This document shows, piece after piece, positions 1-10,863 of a stretch of DNA of 26,013 nucleotides (position 1 is its first letter; every line of letters begins with the position of its first letter). Position numbers and translations under genes: made by a program. The DNA comes from Octopus sinensis. Taxonomy: Eukaryota. Where the stretch lies: positions 1 to 26,013 of the forward strand of contig NW_021835624.1 in assembly GCF_006345805.1 (NCBI RefSeq), read 5' to 3'. Below the pieces are notes generated by a model that saw only the letters and a program-made list of their open reading frames with translations, did not search any database and had not been told where the DNA came from.

Positions 1-19
1 TCGATAACTTCAGCACCAA

Positions 20-147
20 TGTTTAAACTGGTTCATAAATATATCGACAATGAAACGAAGAAAGCAAGGTTGCCCTTGGCGAGATTTGAACCCAATACGT
101 AAGGACGGACAAAATGAAGCTAAGCATTTTTCTCCGGCGGGCTAACA
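20..147 (-). mobile_element. Degraded family A tRNA-derived SINE
   Basis: Diverged match to the reverse complement of the family A body (ATCGAC...GATTTGAACCC...TAAGCATTTT...GCTAAC) seen in intact copies such as 7553-7785. Confidence 0.75.
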
Positions 148-347
148 ATTCTTTTCTACTCTAGGCACAAGGCGCGAAATTTTCGGGGAAGGGGAGGCGA
201 GTCGATTAGATCGACTCCAGTATACAACTGGTACTTAATTTATCGACTCCAAAAGGATTAAAGGCAAGGTCGACCGCCGCGGAATTTGAATTCAGAAACT
301 AAAAACAGACGAAATGCCGTTAAGCATTTCGCCCGGCTTGCTAACGC
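148..347 (-). mobile_element. Family A SINE with A1 tail, extreme 5' end missing
   Basis: A1 tail (TTCTACTCTAGGCACAAGG...GTCGATTAGATCGAC), central domain and reverse complement of the B box (GGAATTTGAATTC). Confidence 0.9.
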
Positions 348-349
348 TT

Positions 350-515
350 TTTTTTTCCTTCTCTAGGGACAAGGCCCGAAATTTTTTGGGAGGGACCAAT
401 CGATTAGATCGACCTCAGTACGCAACTGGTAATTAATTTATCGACCTCGAAGGGATGAAAAGCAAATCGACCTCGACGGAATTTGAACTCAGAACGTAAA
501 AACTGACGAAATACC
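350..515 (-). mobile_element. Head-less family A unit (A1 tail) fused downstream of an A2 copy
   Basis: On the minus strand it begins exactly at GGTATTTCG (515), directly after the A2 tail end AAGAAATA (516). Confidence 0.9.
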
Positions 516-746
516 TATTTCTTTACTACCCACAAGGGGCTAAACACAGAGAGGACAAACAAGGACAGACAGACGTATTAAGTCGATTATATCGACCCCA
601 GTGCGTAACAGGTACTTATTTAAACGACCCGAAAGGATGAAAGGCAAAGTTGACCTCGGCAGAATTTGAACTCAGATCGTAACAACAGACGAAATATGGC
701 TACGCATTTCGCCCGGCGTGCTAACGTTTCTGCCAGCTCGACGCTT
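516..746 (-). mobile_element. Full-length family A SINE with A2 tail
   Basis: Minus strand carries an A-box-like AGCTGGCAGAAACG, a B-box-like GAGTTCAAATTC and the tail ...CCCCTTGTGGGTAGTAAAGAAATA. Confidence 0.92.
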
Positions 747-756
747 TACTACTGCT

Positions 757-876
757 AATAATAATGGTTTCAAAGTTTGCACAAGGCCAGCAATTGGGGG
801 AGGGAGTAAGTCGATTACATTGACACCAGTATTTAACAGTATTTATCGAGAAAGAAATGAGGAAAAGCAAAGTCGC
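757..876 (-). mobile_element. 3' half of family A SINE with A3 tail
   Basis: AATAATGGTTTCAAAGTTTGCACAAGGCCAGC...GTCGATTACATTGAC matches the A3 tails at 6329-6533 and 25090-25257. Confidence 0.8.
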
Positions 877-890
877 TCATCTTTCTATAG

Positions 891-1157
891 TTTGTTCCTT
901 CTCAAGCCATGCCTGGTTCATAGGGCCGGTTTACCGGTTTCCTTGGCGTATAGGTGAGCTGCAAGATGCAGGAGGAAAGAGTGAAAGAAAGCTGTGGCGA
1001 AAGAGTCAGCAGAAGTTCGCCATTACCTTCTGCTGGAGCCGCATGGAGTTTAGGTGTTTCGCTCATAAATACACACACACATCGCCCGGTCTGAGATTCG
1101 AACTCGCGATCCCTCGACCGCGAGTCCGCTGCTCTAACCACTAGGCCATGTGCCTCC
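891..1157 (-). mobile_element. Family C tRNA-derived SINE with alternative 3' tail
   Basis: Minus-strand head GGAGGCACATGGCCTAGTGGTTAGAGCAGCGGACTCGCGG...GAGTTCGAATCT has Pol III A and B boxes. Head and body match 5401-5590, but the tail differs. Confidence 0.9.
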
Positions 1158-1694
1158 TTCTGGAAATATAAAGATTACCAAATATTTGTGATGCTACTTT
1201 CTACAGACATATCAATAAAAACGTTTCTCCAAATTATAAGTTTAATGCAGCATTAACCAAATTAAGTTGATTCCAGCATCCTTTCATATTTTCCGGGAGT
1301 TTTTGAAGAAATAGAAAGCTGCATAAAAGAAGTGTTTTAATTTACTAACTTCAATTGTACCAAATATAAATTGTACATTTTCTTTCAAGTTACTTAACCC
1401 ACCCACCTAATTTATTTTCTCATAATTTTCAACATGGGTATTTGTGAATGAAATTTTGTACAGAATACGTTTCAAGTGATGTAGGTTACGGTGTTCATTG
1501 GGCAGGCGTTATCTTTTATGAGACACCCTGTCCAATCCCTCTCCGTTTCCCTGTGCAGGTTTTAACTAAAATCATTAATTTTAACTCACTACGTTTTCGA
1601 AAGATAGAATTTTGTGGCGGTTGTGTTGTCATTGATGCTTGTAGTGCTTTTAAACTAGTCCCTTCAAAGGGTTTAGAGTAAGTGTTTAAGCATG

Positions 1695-1805
1695 AGATTC
1701 TTTATTTGATCGACCCAGAAATGGTGAAAGCAAAGTTGGCTTCGACAGGATTTGAACGTAGAACGTTAAAAGCCGAGGAAAAAAAAACCCGCAAAGTATT
1801 TAACT
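1695..1805 (-). mobile_element. Old, highly diverged family A fragment
   Basis: TTGATCGACCCAGAAATGGTGAAAGCAAAGTTGGCTTCGACAGGATTTGAACGTAGAACGT aligns by eye with the family A central domain. Confidence 0.7.
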
Positions 1806-2529
1806 CGACAATAAATTATTCTGCCGAATTAAGATATAAATTAGGGAAAAACATTTTGTGTCATAATAAAGATATTGTTTTTAAAATAGTCCTAGAAACA
1901 GCAGAAACAACATCAGTAACTGTAGTAGCAGCAGTAGTTGTATAGTTGTAGTGATAACATTGTAATTACCCAAGAAGTAACAAAAATAAAAAGAAGCTAA
2001 AAAATATATAATAGCGAAAAAAAAATGACTGACAATATTATTTGTATGTTCTGTGTGCGTTTGTGTGTGTGTGGGGCGTGTATTTTAAGAGGAACGACAT
2101 AGTGTCTTTGAGAACAACTCGTCCTCTCCGCTAAATTATTAGACATTCTGTAATCGATGCCATTATGCAATGGATGTCGCTCACCTCCTCTTTCACCTCC
2201 CACAAACACAGACGCTGTTTAGAATATGGAATTCATTTCCTATCCTTCCATTCTGTTCTCCCTCCCATTTCACACCACTCAGACTTTTTCATTCATGGAT
2301 CGAAATCTTTGCCAAAACGTCAATGTCTAAGGAAGAAGGCAGGAGGGTTGTGTGTATATGTGGGTAGTAGTAAGGGTGGTGTCGGAGAGCCTAAAAGACT
2401 CTTTTCAGATTCTTAGTCGCACTTCCTCATTCATCATTCATCACAGTTTGCCTAAGATTATTGGTTATTACGGGGGAATTCTTTATGGCACTAGAAGAAT
2501 GACGTCGATTGCATGAATGTTAATAACAG

Positions 2530-2675
2530 GTGTATGAGTGTTCATATACAAGCATGCATGTATGTATGTTTATATGTATATACGTATTTGTGTATTTGTC
2601 TATGGGTGTATGTATGTGTATATGCATGTATGTAGGAACGAATACGTGCATATGTTTATATGTTTGTATGTGTGA

Positions 2676-2716
<41 letters not shown>

Positions 2717-3100
2717 CATGTTTGTATAGTCTGTTTCTATTTTAAAATTTCTCACCAATAACGAAAAATCCGATTTCTAACCCAGAAACGAGGCTCGTTC
2801 ACTGGAATTTAGACATCAAAATGGTAGTTGCGCATGCATATATCTTAGCATATATGTAAGTATGCATGCATGCTTGTGTGTATATATATACGTATGTATG
2901 AACGCATGTATGTATTTATGTGTACGTATGTATGGATGGATGAGTGGTTGAATGTATGTAAATGTATGTACGTACGTACGTATGTATATGTGTCTGTATA
3001 TATACATCTATGCATACCAACATGGATGCCATTGCATTCATGGGTTTGTATGCTTCGACTTTTGTATGTTATTAACTTAATGTATACATATACATTTGTG
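2530..3100. repeat. (TATG)n/(TG)n compound microsatellite tracts
   Basis: Degenerate TATG and TG runs visible directly, interrupted by about 100 bp of unique sequence near 2745-2830. Confidence 0.9.
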
Positions 3101-3337
3101 GACAAATCTACGACCGTTTATATACACTCAATACTGGAATGCATTAATGGCTTATAACAACAATTTCCTTATTTGCTGTGTAACCCTAGTCCAGCTTCAC
3201 AAGATCGCGCCTAATGTATGTATAATGAATGTATATATCCAACGAACAGATGTATGTCCGCACGCAGGTATACATTTGCATTTATGAACAACTGTGTACG
3301 CAACTAGACTATTGTTTGTATGCAAATATTGATGTGA

Positions 3338-3355
3338 ATCTATCTATCTATCTGC

Positions 3356-3396
<41 letters not shown>
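3338..3396. repeat. (TATC)n microsatellite
   Basis: Near-perfect TATC run. Confidence 0.97.
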
Positions 3397-3397
<1 letters not shown>

Positions 3398-3588
3398 CTA
3401 TGTACGATGAACGAACAAACGAAAGAAAGTGGTACTCAGCACATTTGATTGGAGTTATTTTTCATAACGGGCAAATTGTACCGCCAATCATCTGATGCAA
3501 TAACGGTGTTTACGCGCCCACGAAACTTTAAGTAATGTGGATCAGAGTCAAACGGCTAATAGGCATTGTACCAAAACGCAAGAAGATT

Positions 3589-3766
3589 CTCTTATCTTTG
3601 GTTTCAGTCACTGGATTGCAGCCATGCTGGAGCACCGCCTTGAAGGGTTTTAGTCGTACAAATCGACTCCAGTACATATTTGATCGAGTCTGCTATTTCT
3701 AACGGTTTCTCTTGCCGAACCGCTAAAACAATGGTCATGTAGGCAAGCCAACACTGGTTACAAAGA
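3589..3766 (-). mobile_element. 3' tail of family B SINE (diverged subfamily)
   Basis: TTTCAGTCA...GCCATGCTGGAGCACCGCCTT...GCCGAACCGCTAA matches the B tails at 6751, 8511 and 17637. Confidence 0.85.
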
Positions 3767-3964
3767 TATATATATATATATACATATACACACACATATA
3801 TACACACACATATATATACATATATGTATGTATATGCATATATGTATATGTAAATACATATGTATACATGTGTATGCATATATATATATATTAATATATA
3901 TATATATGTATACATACATACATACGTACACACAGACACGAACACACACACACACACACGCACA

Positions 3965-4021
<57 letters not shown>

Positions 4022-4190
4022 CATATATGTATGTATATGCATATATGTATATGTAAATACATATGTATACATGTGTATGCATATATATATTAATATTATA
4101 TATATATATATGTATACATACATACATACGTAACACACAGACACAACACACACACACACACAACGCACACACACACAGACACACACACAC

Positions 4191-4249
<59 letters not shown>

Positions 4250-4250
4250 T
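3767..4250. repeat. TA/CA compound microsatellite containing a 203-bp-period tandem duplication
   Basis: ACATATATGTATGTATATGCATATATGTATATGTAAATACATATGTATACATGTG occurs at both 3818 and 4021. Confidence 0.92.
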
Positions 4251-4252
4251 AT

Positions 4253-4445
4253 AGCACTCCGTCGGTTACGATGATGAGGTTCCCAGCTGATACGATCAAC
4301 GTAATTGCTTATTCGTGAAATTAATGTGCAAGTGGCTGAGCACTCCACAGACACGTAGTTCTTAGTGAGATCAGATTGACACAGAATGTGACAAGGACAG
4401 CACTTTGAACATCAGGTACAACTAATTTTTGCCAGCTGAGTAGTC
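4253..4445 (-). mobile_element. 5'-truncated family D SINE
   Basis: GCACTCCGTCGGTTACG...GTGGCTGAGCACTCCACAGACAC...TTTTTGCCAGCTGAG matches 7010-7215. Confidence 0.88.
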
Positions 4446-4456
4446 ATATATATATA

Positions 4457-4600
4457 TCACGGACTTTCATAGAGTTTACCGTCTACCAAATTCACTTACG
4501 AGGCTTCGGTCGGCCCCCGGCTTTAAGCAGAAACATTTGCTCGTAGTGTTGTACAGGTGACTGAACTCTAAAGGGAGTATCTTAACCACACTGTCATCCC
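4457..4600 (-). mobile_element. Degraded 5' half of family B SINE
   Basis: CCGTCTACCAAATTCACTTACGAGGCTTCGGTCGGCCC...GACTGAACTC...TTAACCACAC matches 17870-18024. Confidence 0.8.
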
Positions 4601-5400
4601 TCTGGTGTGGGGATAAAAAAATAGCATTTAAGGCACCGTCACCAAATAATCGATCATTAATTGGAATTAGTTATGCTGTAGAGTGGAGTCAGTTAGACAA
4701 ACCTGAATGCATTCCTTCCGCATTGTGGCGAAGTTTGACCTCTATCACTTGACCGACGATCTAAAGTAGTGACGTCCTGACATGTGTCTTGAGCTCAGAG
4801 ACAAAGCTTACGGCCTACATGTCAAAGATCACGGTAAGAAATACACATACACGCACACATGCGTATATAGAAATACATACATAGTATGCATATATATATA
4901 TATATATATATATAAAGTTTTCACGCTGACTACTTGATAAATTCCTATAAAGATTTTATCCTATATATATATATATATATATATACACACGTACACACAC
5001 ACGTGTGTATGTGTATGTGTATAAAAACAATGTATCTATTTTTATCACAATCTATTTGAAGTATTATCTAAGAAGGGGAACACTTACATTGATGTTTAAA
5101 CAATGCTGAATAACACTCCAAAAACACTTACACATACTTTTACTTGTAAACCTACTTCATATTTTTAAAGTTACAAACCGGAAGTTTAAACGTTAGCTAA
5201 GTAAATATATTTCGTTTGTCGTATTTCAGACAATTCCTTGCCACAGTCATTCGCTGTACTTTGAAGAAGAATTCTCGGACATAATTACTGATGAAGTCAA
5301 TAGTAATATTTGGAAATTTAGAGTAAGTGATTGATTTTATGATTTAAAAAAAAATATTTATTATTATTATTGTCGCCATTATTGTTATTGTTATTATTGT

Positions 5401-5783
5401 GGAGGCGCAATGGTCCAGTGGTTAGGGCAGCGGACTCGCGGTCATAGGATCGCTGTTTCGATTCCCAGACCGGGCGTTGTGAGTGTTTATTGAGCGAAAA
5501 CACCTAAAGCTCCACGAGGCTCCGGCAGGGGATGGTGGTGATCCCTGCTGTACTCTTTCACCACAACTTTCTCTCACTCTTACTTCCTGTTTCTGTTGTA
5601 CCTGTATTTCAAAGGGCCGGCCTTGTCACTCTCTGTGTCACGCTGAATATCCTCTAGAACTACGTTAAGGGTACACGAGTCTGTGGAGTGCTCAGCCACT
5701 TACACATTAATTTCACGAGCAGGCTGTTCCGTTGATACGGATCAACCGGAATCCTCGTCGTCGTAACCGACGGAGTGCTTCCA
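5401..5783 (+). mobile_element. Full-length family C tRNA-derived SINE
   Basis: Head GGAGGCGCAATGGTCCAGTGGTTAGGGCAGCGGACTCGCGG...GTTTCGATTCCC with A and B boxes. The tail ends TAACCGACGGAGTGC. It is flanked on both sides by (TTA)n. Confidence 0.93.
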
Positions 5784-5787
5784 TCCA

Positions 5788-5822
5788 TATTATTATTATT
5801 ATTGTTATTGTTATTATTATTA

Positions 5823-5853
<31 letters not shown>

Positions 5854-5887
5854 CATTATTATTATTGTTATTATTATTATCATTATT
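5788..5887. repeat. (TTA)n microsatellite
   Basis: Direct observation. The poly-Leu and poly-Asn ORFs here are artefacts of it. Confidence 0.97.
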
Positions 5888-6220
5888 AAGGCAGCAAGCT
5901 GACAGAATCGTTAGCAAGCCGGGCGAGACGCTTAGCGGTATTTCGTCTGCCGCTACGTTCTGAGTTCAAATTCCGCTGAGGTTGATTTCACCTTTTATCC
6001 CTTTCGGGGTCGATAAATTAAGTACCAGTTAAGCACTGTTTGTCTGTCCTTGTTTGTCTGTCCTTGTTTGTCTCCTCTATGTTTAGCCCCTTGTGGGTAA
6101 TAAAGAAATAGGTATTTCGCACGTCTCAACGTTCTAAGTTCAAATTCCGCCAAAGTCGACTTTGCTTTCATCCTTTCGGGGTCGATTAAATAAGTACCAG
6201 TTACGTAAAAATTTGAAATC
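5888..6220 (+). mobile_element. Family A dimer: headed unit with A2 tail plus head-less unit ending in an A3-like terminus
   Basis: Junction AAGAAATA|GGTATTTCG at 6110/6111. The second unit ends AAAATTTGAAATC. Confidence 0.88.
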
Positions 6221-6236
6221 ATCATCATCGTCATCA

Positions 6237-6279
<43 letters not shown>

Positions 6280-6328
6280 GATTATTATTATTATGATTAT
6301 GATTATTATTATTATTATTATTATTATT
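6221..6328. repeat. (ATC)n/(ATT)n microsatellite
   Basis: Direct observation. Confidence 0.97.
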
Positions 6329-6533
6329 AAGGCGGCGAGCTGGCAGAATCGACGGGCGAAATGCTTAGCGGTATTTTGCCCGTCGCTAGGTTTTGAGTTC
6401 AAATTCCGCCGAGGTTGACTTTGCCTTTCATCATTTCGGGGTCGATAAATTAAGTGGCAGTTGAACACTGGGGTTGATGTAATCGGCTCATCTCCCACCT
6501 CCCCCAAGCTGCCCTTGTGGCAAAAATTTGAAA
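6329..6533 (+). mobile_element. Family A SINE with A3 tail
   Basis: AAGGCGGCGAGCTGGCAGAATCG head, GAGTTCAAATTCC B box, and tail ending AAAAATTTGAAATAATAAT. Confidence 0.9.
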
Positions 6534-6559
6534 TAATAATAATTATTACTATTATTATA

Positions 6560-6750
6560 AAGCCTGCGAAATGCTTAGCAGTGTTTCGTCTGTCGCTTCA
6601 TTTTGAGTTCAAATAGCGCCGAGGTCGACTTTGTATTTTATCCTTTCGGGGTCGATAAATTAAGTAGCATTAAAACACTGGGGTCCATGTAATCGACTCA
6701 TCCCCCCCTCTCCAAATTTCAGGCCTTGTGCCTATAGCAGAAAGGATTAC
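6560..6750 (+). mobile_element. Family A SINE, head truncated, A4-type tail
   Basis: GCGAAATGCTTAGC...GAGTTCAAAT...GGGGTCGATAAATTAAGT...AAATTTCAGGCCTTGTGCCTATAGCAGAAAGGATT. Confidence 0.87.
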
Positions 6751-6949
6751 TCTCTTTTTACTCTTTTACTATTTTACTTGTTTCAATCATGACTGTGGCC
6801 ATGGTGGAGCACCGCCTTTAGTCGAACAAATTGACCTCCGGGAGTTATTCTTTGTAAGCCTAGTACTTATTGTATCGGTCTCTTTTGCCGAACCGCTAAG
6901 TTACGGGGACGTAAACTTACCAACACCGGTTGTCAAGCGGTGGTGGGAG
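6751..6949 (-). mobile_element. 3' half of family B SINE
   Basis: CTCTTTTACT...GGAGCACCGCCTTTAGTCGA...GCCGAACCGCTAAGTTACGGGGACGTAAAC, as at 8511 and 17637. Confidence 0.9.
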
Positions 6950-7009
6950 CTCAGCCTATATTATAACCTACTTCATACTATAAAGCGTCACACGAGAAAT
7001 TTAACCCTG

Positions 7010-7326
7010 GCACTCCATCGGTTACGTCAACCAGTGTTCCAGTTGATCCAATCAACAGAACACTCTTCTCATAGAACTATTGTGCAAGTGGCTGAGCACT
7101 CCACAGACACGCGAACCCTTAACGTAGTTCTCAGCGAGATTCAGCATGACACAGAACGTCACGAGGCCGGCCCTTTGAATTACCAGCACAACCCATTTTT
7201 GCCAGCTGAGAAGACTGAAGCAACGTGAAATAAAGTGTCTTGCCCGAGGACACAACGCGCGACCGGGAATCGAACTCATAACCTTACGATCGTGAGCCAA
7301 AGACTCTCATAACTAAGCCGCGCACC
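7010..7326 (-). mobile_element. Full-length family D tRNA-derived SINE with CORE-like centre
   Basis: Minus-strand head GGTGCGCGGCTTAG...GAGTTCGATTCCCGG, CORE-like GTCCTCGGGCAAGACACTT, and a tail shared with family C at 5590-5783. Confidence 0.9.
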
Positions 7327-7354
7327 TTCAAGAGCGAGAATAGATAACATAACT

Positions 7355-7539
7355 AAGGCGGCGTGATGCCAGAATCGTTAGCACTCCAGGCGAAATGCTT
7401 AGCACATTAGCAGGCCGGGCGAAATGCCTTTCATTCTTTCGGGGTCGATAAAGTAAGTACCAGTTGCGTACTGGTGTCGATCTAATCGACTGCCCCCTCC
7501 CCCAAAATTTCAGTCCTTGTGCCTCGAGTAGAAAAGAAT
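7355..7539 (+). mobile_element. Family A SINE (A1 tail) with internal duplication/deletion, flanked by a 13-bp direct repeat
   Basis: AGATAACATAACT (7342-7354) and AAATAACATAACT (7540-7552) form a probable target-site duplication. TTAGCA..CC.GGCGAAATGC occurs twice, and the B-box segment is missing. Confidence 0.88.
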
Positions 7540-7552
7540 AAATAACATAACT

Positions 7553-8135
7553 GAGGCGGCGAGCTGGCAGAAACGTTAGCACGCCGGGCGAAATGCTTAG
7601 CGGTATTTCGTTTGTCTTTATGTTCTGAGTTCAAATTCCGCCGAGGTCGACTTTGCCTTTCATCCTTTCGGGTTCGATTAAATAAGTACCAGTTACGCAC
7701 TGGAGGAAATATGATCGACTTAATCAGTTTGTCTGTCCTTGTTTGGCCCCTCTGTGTTTAGCCCCTTGTGGGTAGTAAAGAAATAGGTATTTCGTCTTTC
7801 GTTACGTTCTGAGTTCAAATTCCGCCGAGGTCGACTTTGCCTTTCATCCTTTCGGGTCGATAAATGAAGAACCTATTATGCACTGGGTTCGATGTAATCG
7901 GCTTAATCCATCTGTTTGTCCTTGTTTGTCTCCTCTGTGTTTAGCCCCTTGTGGGTAGTAAAGTAATAGGTATTTCGCCTGTCTTTACATTCTGAGTTCA
8001 AATTCCGCCGAGGTCGACATTGCCTTTCATCCTTTCGTGGTCGATAAATTAAGTACCAGTTGCGAACTGGGGTCGATCTAATCGACTGGCTCCTCTCCCA
8101 AAACTTCGGGCCTTATGCCTAGAGTAGAAAAGAAT
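7553..8135 (+). mobile_element. Family A trimer: headed unit plus two head-less units (tails A2, A2, A1)
   Basis: Junctions ...AATA|GGTATTTCG at 7785/7786 and 7968/7969. The last unit ends with the A1 tail GCCTAGAGTAGAAAAGAAT. Confidence 0.93.
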
Positions 8136-8510
8136 AAATAGCATATGCTTAACGAAAATTGAGACTATAATTTCAATTATTTTGGATAGTGAACTCATTA
8201 GAATAATAAAGGAAACAAAATGTTGTTAACACTACTATTTTTAGTCGTCTGTTTCTGAACAGCCTTGCAATAATTGTCTGATATTATTTTTGTGTGTTCC
8301 CTCTGCGAAAGACCTAATTTAACCGAGTTGTTGCTGGTAGGGAGAGTGCAAAAGTTATTATTATTAGAACTACAGTTCTAAAGAGACTTTTATCGTTTTG
8401 TTGATGTTGAATAAGAGATTCATAATAGTGCATGTAGTTTGTTTGAAGTCCCAGAAGATATATGTATGTATGTATGTATGTATATGTATGTATGTATGTA
8501 TGAACGTATA

Positions 8511-8837
8511 CTCTCTTTTACTCTTTTACTTCTTTCAGTCATGACTGTGGTCATGCTGGAGCACCGCCTTTAGTCGAGGAAATCGACCCCAGGACTTATT
8601 CTTTGTAAGCCTAGTACTTATTCTATTGGTCTCTTTTTGCCGAACAGCTAAGTTACGGGGACGTAAACACAGACACAGGGAGGGGACAAACACAGACACA
8701 CAAATACACACACATATATTTATACATATGCATATATACGACGAGCTTCTTTCAGTTTCTGTCTACCAAATCCACTCACATGGCTTTGGTCGGCCCGAGG
8801 CTATAGTAGAAGAAACTTGCCCAAGGTACCACGCAGT
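8511..8837 (-). mobile_element. Family B SINE lacking about 50 nt of its head
   Basis: Tail, internal CA/TA linker and CORE-like CTTGCCCAAGGTACCACGCAGT are collinear with 17637-17970. Confidence 0.92.
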
Positions 8838-8924
8838 CTATTGTACAAGTGCACCTTACTATCTACCATCTTTACATTGTTACACAAATATTATTTTGCC
8901 ATATACAATGACCAGCCCCAACGA

Positions 8925-9808
8925 AAATACATATACACACGCAAATACACACACGCACTAACACAAACACAAATACACGCACAATCTCACAAACTCCCCC
9001 ACTCGCACTCACACAGTTATACCAAACAAATCTGCAAATATGCTAAACGCAAGCATACACACATAAACACACACACTCTCACAAACTCACACACTCACGC
9101 ACATACGCTAAAAGCGAAGCTACAAACATGCTAAACGCGTGCGCGCACACACTCACATGCAAACATACACGCACACACACAAACATACGCAAACTCACGC
9201 AAACACAACTACACACACTGACAAACTCACACATTCATTCACACACGGCAAACAAAGCTATAAACACACACACATACACACACACACACACATGCAAACA
9301 CACACACACAAACACAAACATACGCAAACACACACAAACACAACTACACACACTCACAAACTCACACACTCATTCACACACGGCAAACAAACCTATAAAC
9401 AGGCTAAACGCACGCACACACACACACCCAAACGCAAACACAAACACACACACACACACACACACGCGCACACACATACATACACTCTAACAAACTCACA
9501 CACGCCCATTTACACACACCAAACAAACATACAAACCTATAAACATGCCAAAAACGCAGCCACACACACACACACCACCACACACACACACGCACGCACG
9601 CACAAACACGCACACCCACACAAACACACCCACACACACACACACACACACCCAAAAGCACCCACACACCACACGCACACACACAGCCAAACGCACACGC
9701 AACACACATACATACACTCTAAAAAACTCACACACGCTCATTTACACACACCAAACAAACATACAAAACCTATAAACATGCCAAACGCACACACACACAC
9801 ACACCAAC

Positions 9809-9849
<41 letters not shown>

Positions 9850-10071
9850 TACATACACTCTAACAAACTCACACACTCCCATTTACACACACACCAAACA
9901 AACATACAAAACCTATAAACATGCCAAACGCACGCACACCACACACACACACACACACACGCACACACACAGCCAAACGCACACACACACACATATACAT
10001 ACACTCTAACAAACTCACACACGCTCATTTACACACACCAAACAAACATACAAAACCTATAAACATGCCAA

Positions 10072-10106
<35 letters not shown>

Positions 10107-10205
10107 TACACACACACACACACACACACGCACACACACAATCACTTACATACATGCGTGTGTTCAAATACGCGCTCCCGCGCAAACACGCACGCACGTG
10201 TGCGC
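8925..10205. repeat. About 1.3-kb CA-rich compound repeat with higher-order units
   Basis: Unit TACACTCTAACAAACTCACACACGC(T/C)CATTTACACACACCAAACAAACATACAAAACCTATAAACATGCCAAACGC recurs at 9481, 9713, 9854 and 10000. Confidence 0.93.
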
Positions 10206-10584
10206 ACACGTTCTCCCCAATGTGTTATATTTTGCCGTGCACGTTATTTCACGGCCATTATTTTATAAGGACGCCATAGAACTCTTCGTCCTGTGTACGT
10301 CACACTCATTAAACGGAACACATAAATCAAACATAACTTCACATCTAGTCTATCATTTTATAACTCTCCAATAACTCTTTCTCTCATTGCTGCTTTCGTT
10401 CTTCGTCTTTCGTTTGGCATTAACTTCTGTTACTATTACTGCAGCAGTTTCTGTTGTTATTGTTTAAGTTTGAGTTACCGTGATTGAACAAACCTATGAT
10501 CAAAAGCATTCCACTCGTGAACATCCAGTCTTTTGTTTTCAGGGGCATCTTACTCAGTATTGTCTAATGTTTCAAAATCCTTAA

Positions 10585-10630
10585 AAGGCGGGTGAGCTGG
10601 CAGAATCGTTAGCACACCGGGCAAAGTACC
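10585..10630 (+). mobile_element. Isolated family A head interrupted by an inverted A2 copy
   Basis: AAGGCGGGTGAGCTGGCAGAATCGTTAGCACACCGGGC stops at the GAAAT position of the consensus head. Confidence 0.85.
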
Positions 10631-10844
10631 TATTTCTTTATTACCCACAAGGGGATAAACATAGAGGGGACAAACAAGGACAGACATAGGTATTAAGTCG
10701 ATTACATCGACCCCAGTGCGTAACTGGTACTTACTTTATCGACCCCGAAAGGATGAAAGGCAAAGTCGACCTTGGCGGAATTTGAACTCACAACGTAACG
10801 GCAGACGAAATACCACTAAGCATTTCGCCCGGCGTGCTAACGTT
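10631..10844 (-). mobile_element. Family A SINE with A2 tail, inverted relative to its neighbours
   Basis: TATTTCTTTATTACCCACAAGGGG...CATTTCGCCCGGCGTGCTAACGTT is the reverse complement of the A2 unit. Confidence 0.93.
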
Positions 10845-10863
10845 GTCATTAAATTTAAGTTCA

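Noticed and set aside
4681-4840. Possible exon ending at CACG|GTAAGA
   Set aside because: All three frames contain stops across the segment, and there is no good acceptor for the short open part.
5401-5475. SINE heads as genuine tRNA genes (also at 1157, 7326, 18024 and 18961)
   Set aside because: A and B boxes are present, but there is no complete acceptor stem and each head runs into a repeated SINE body.
9128-10268. Long His/Thr- and Val/Cys-rich ORFs (up to 259 aa), and similar ORFs at 3604-4354, 13692-14377 and 21845-22307
   Set aside because: They are stop-free translations of CA/TA microsatellites with no domain signal.
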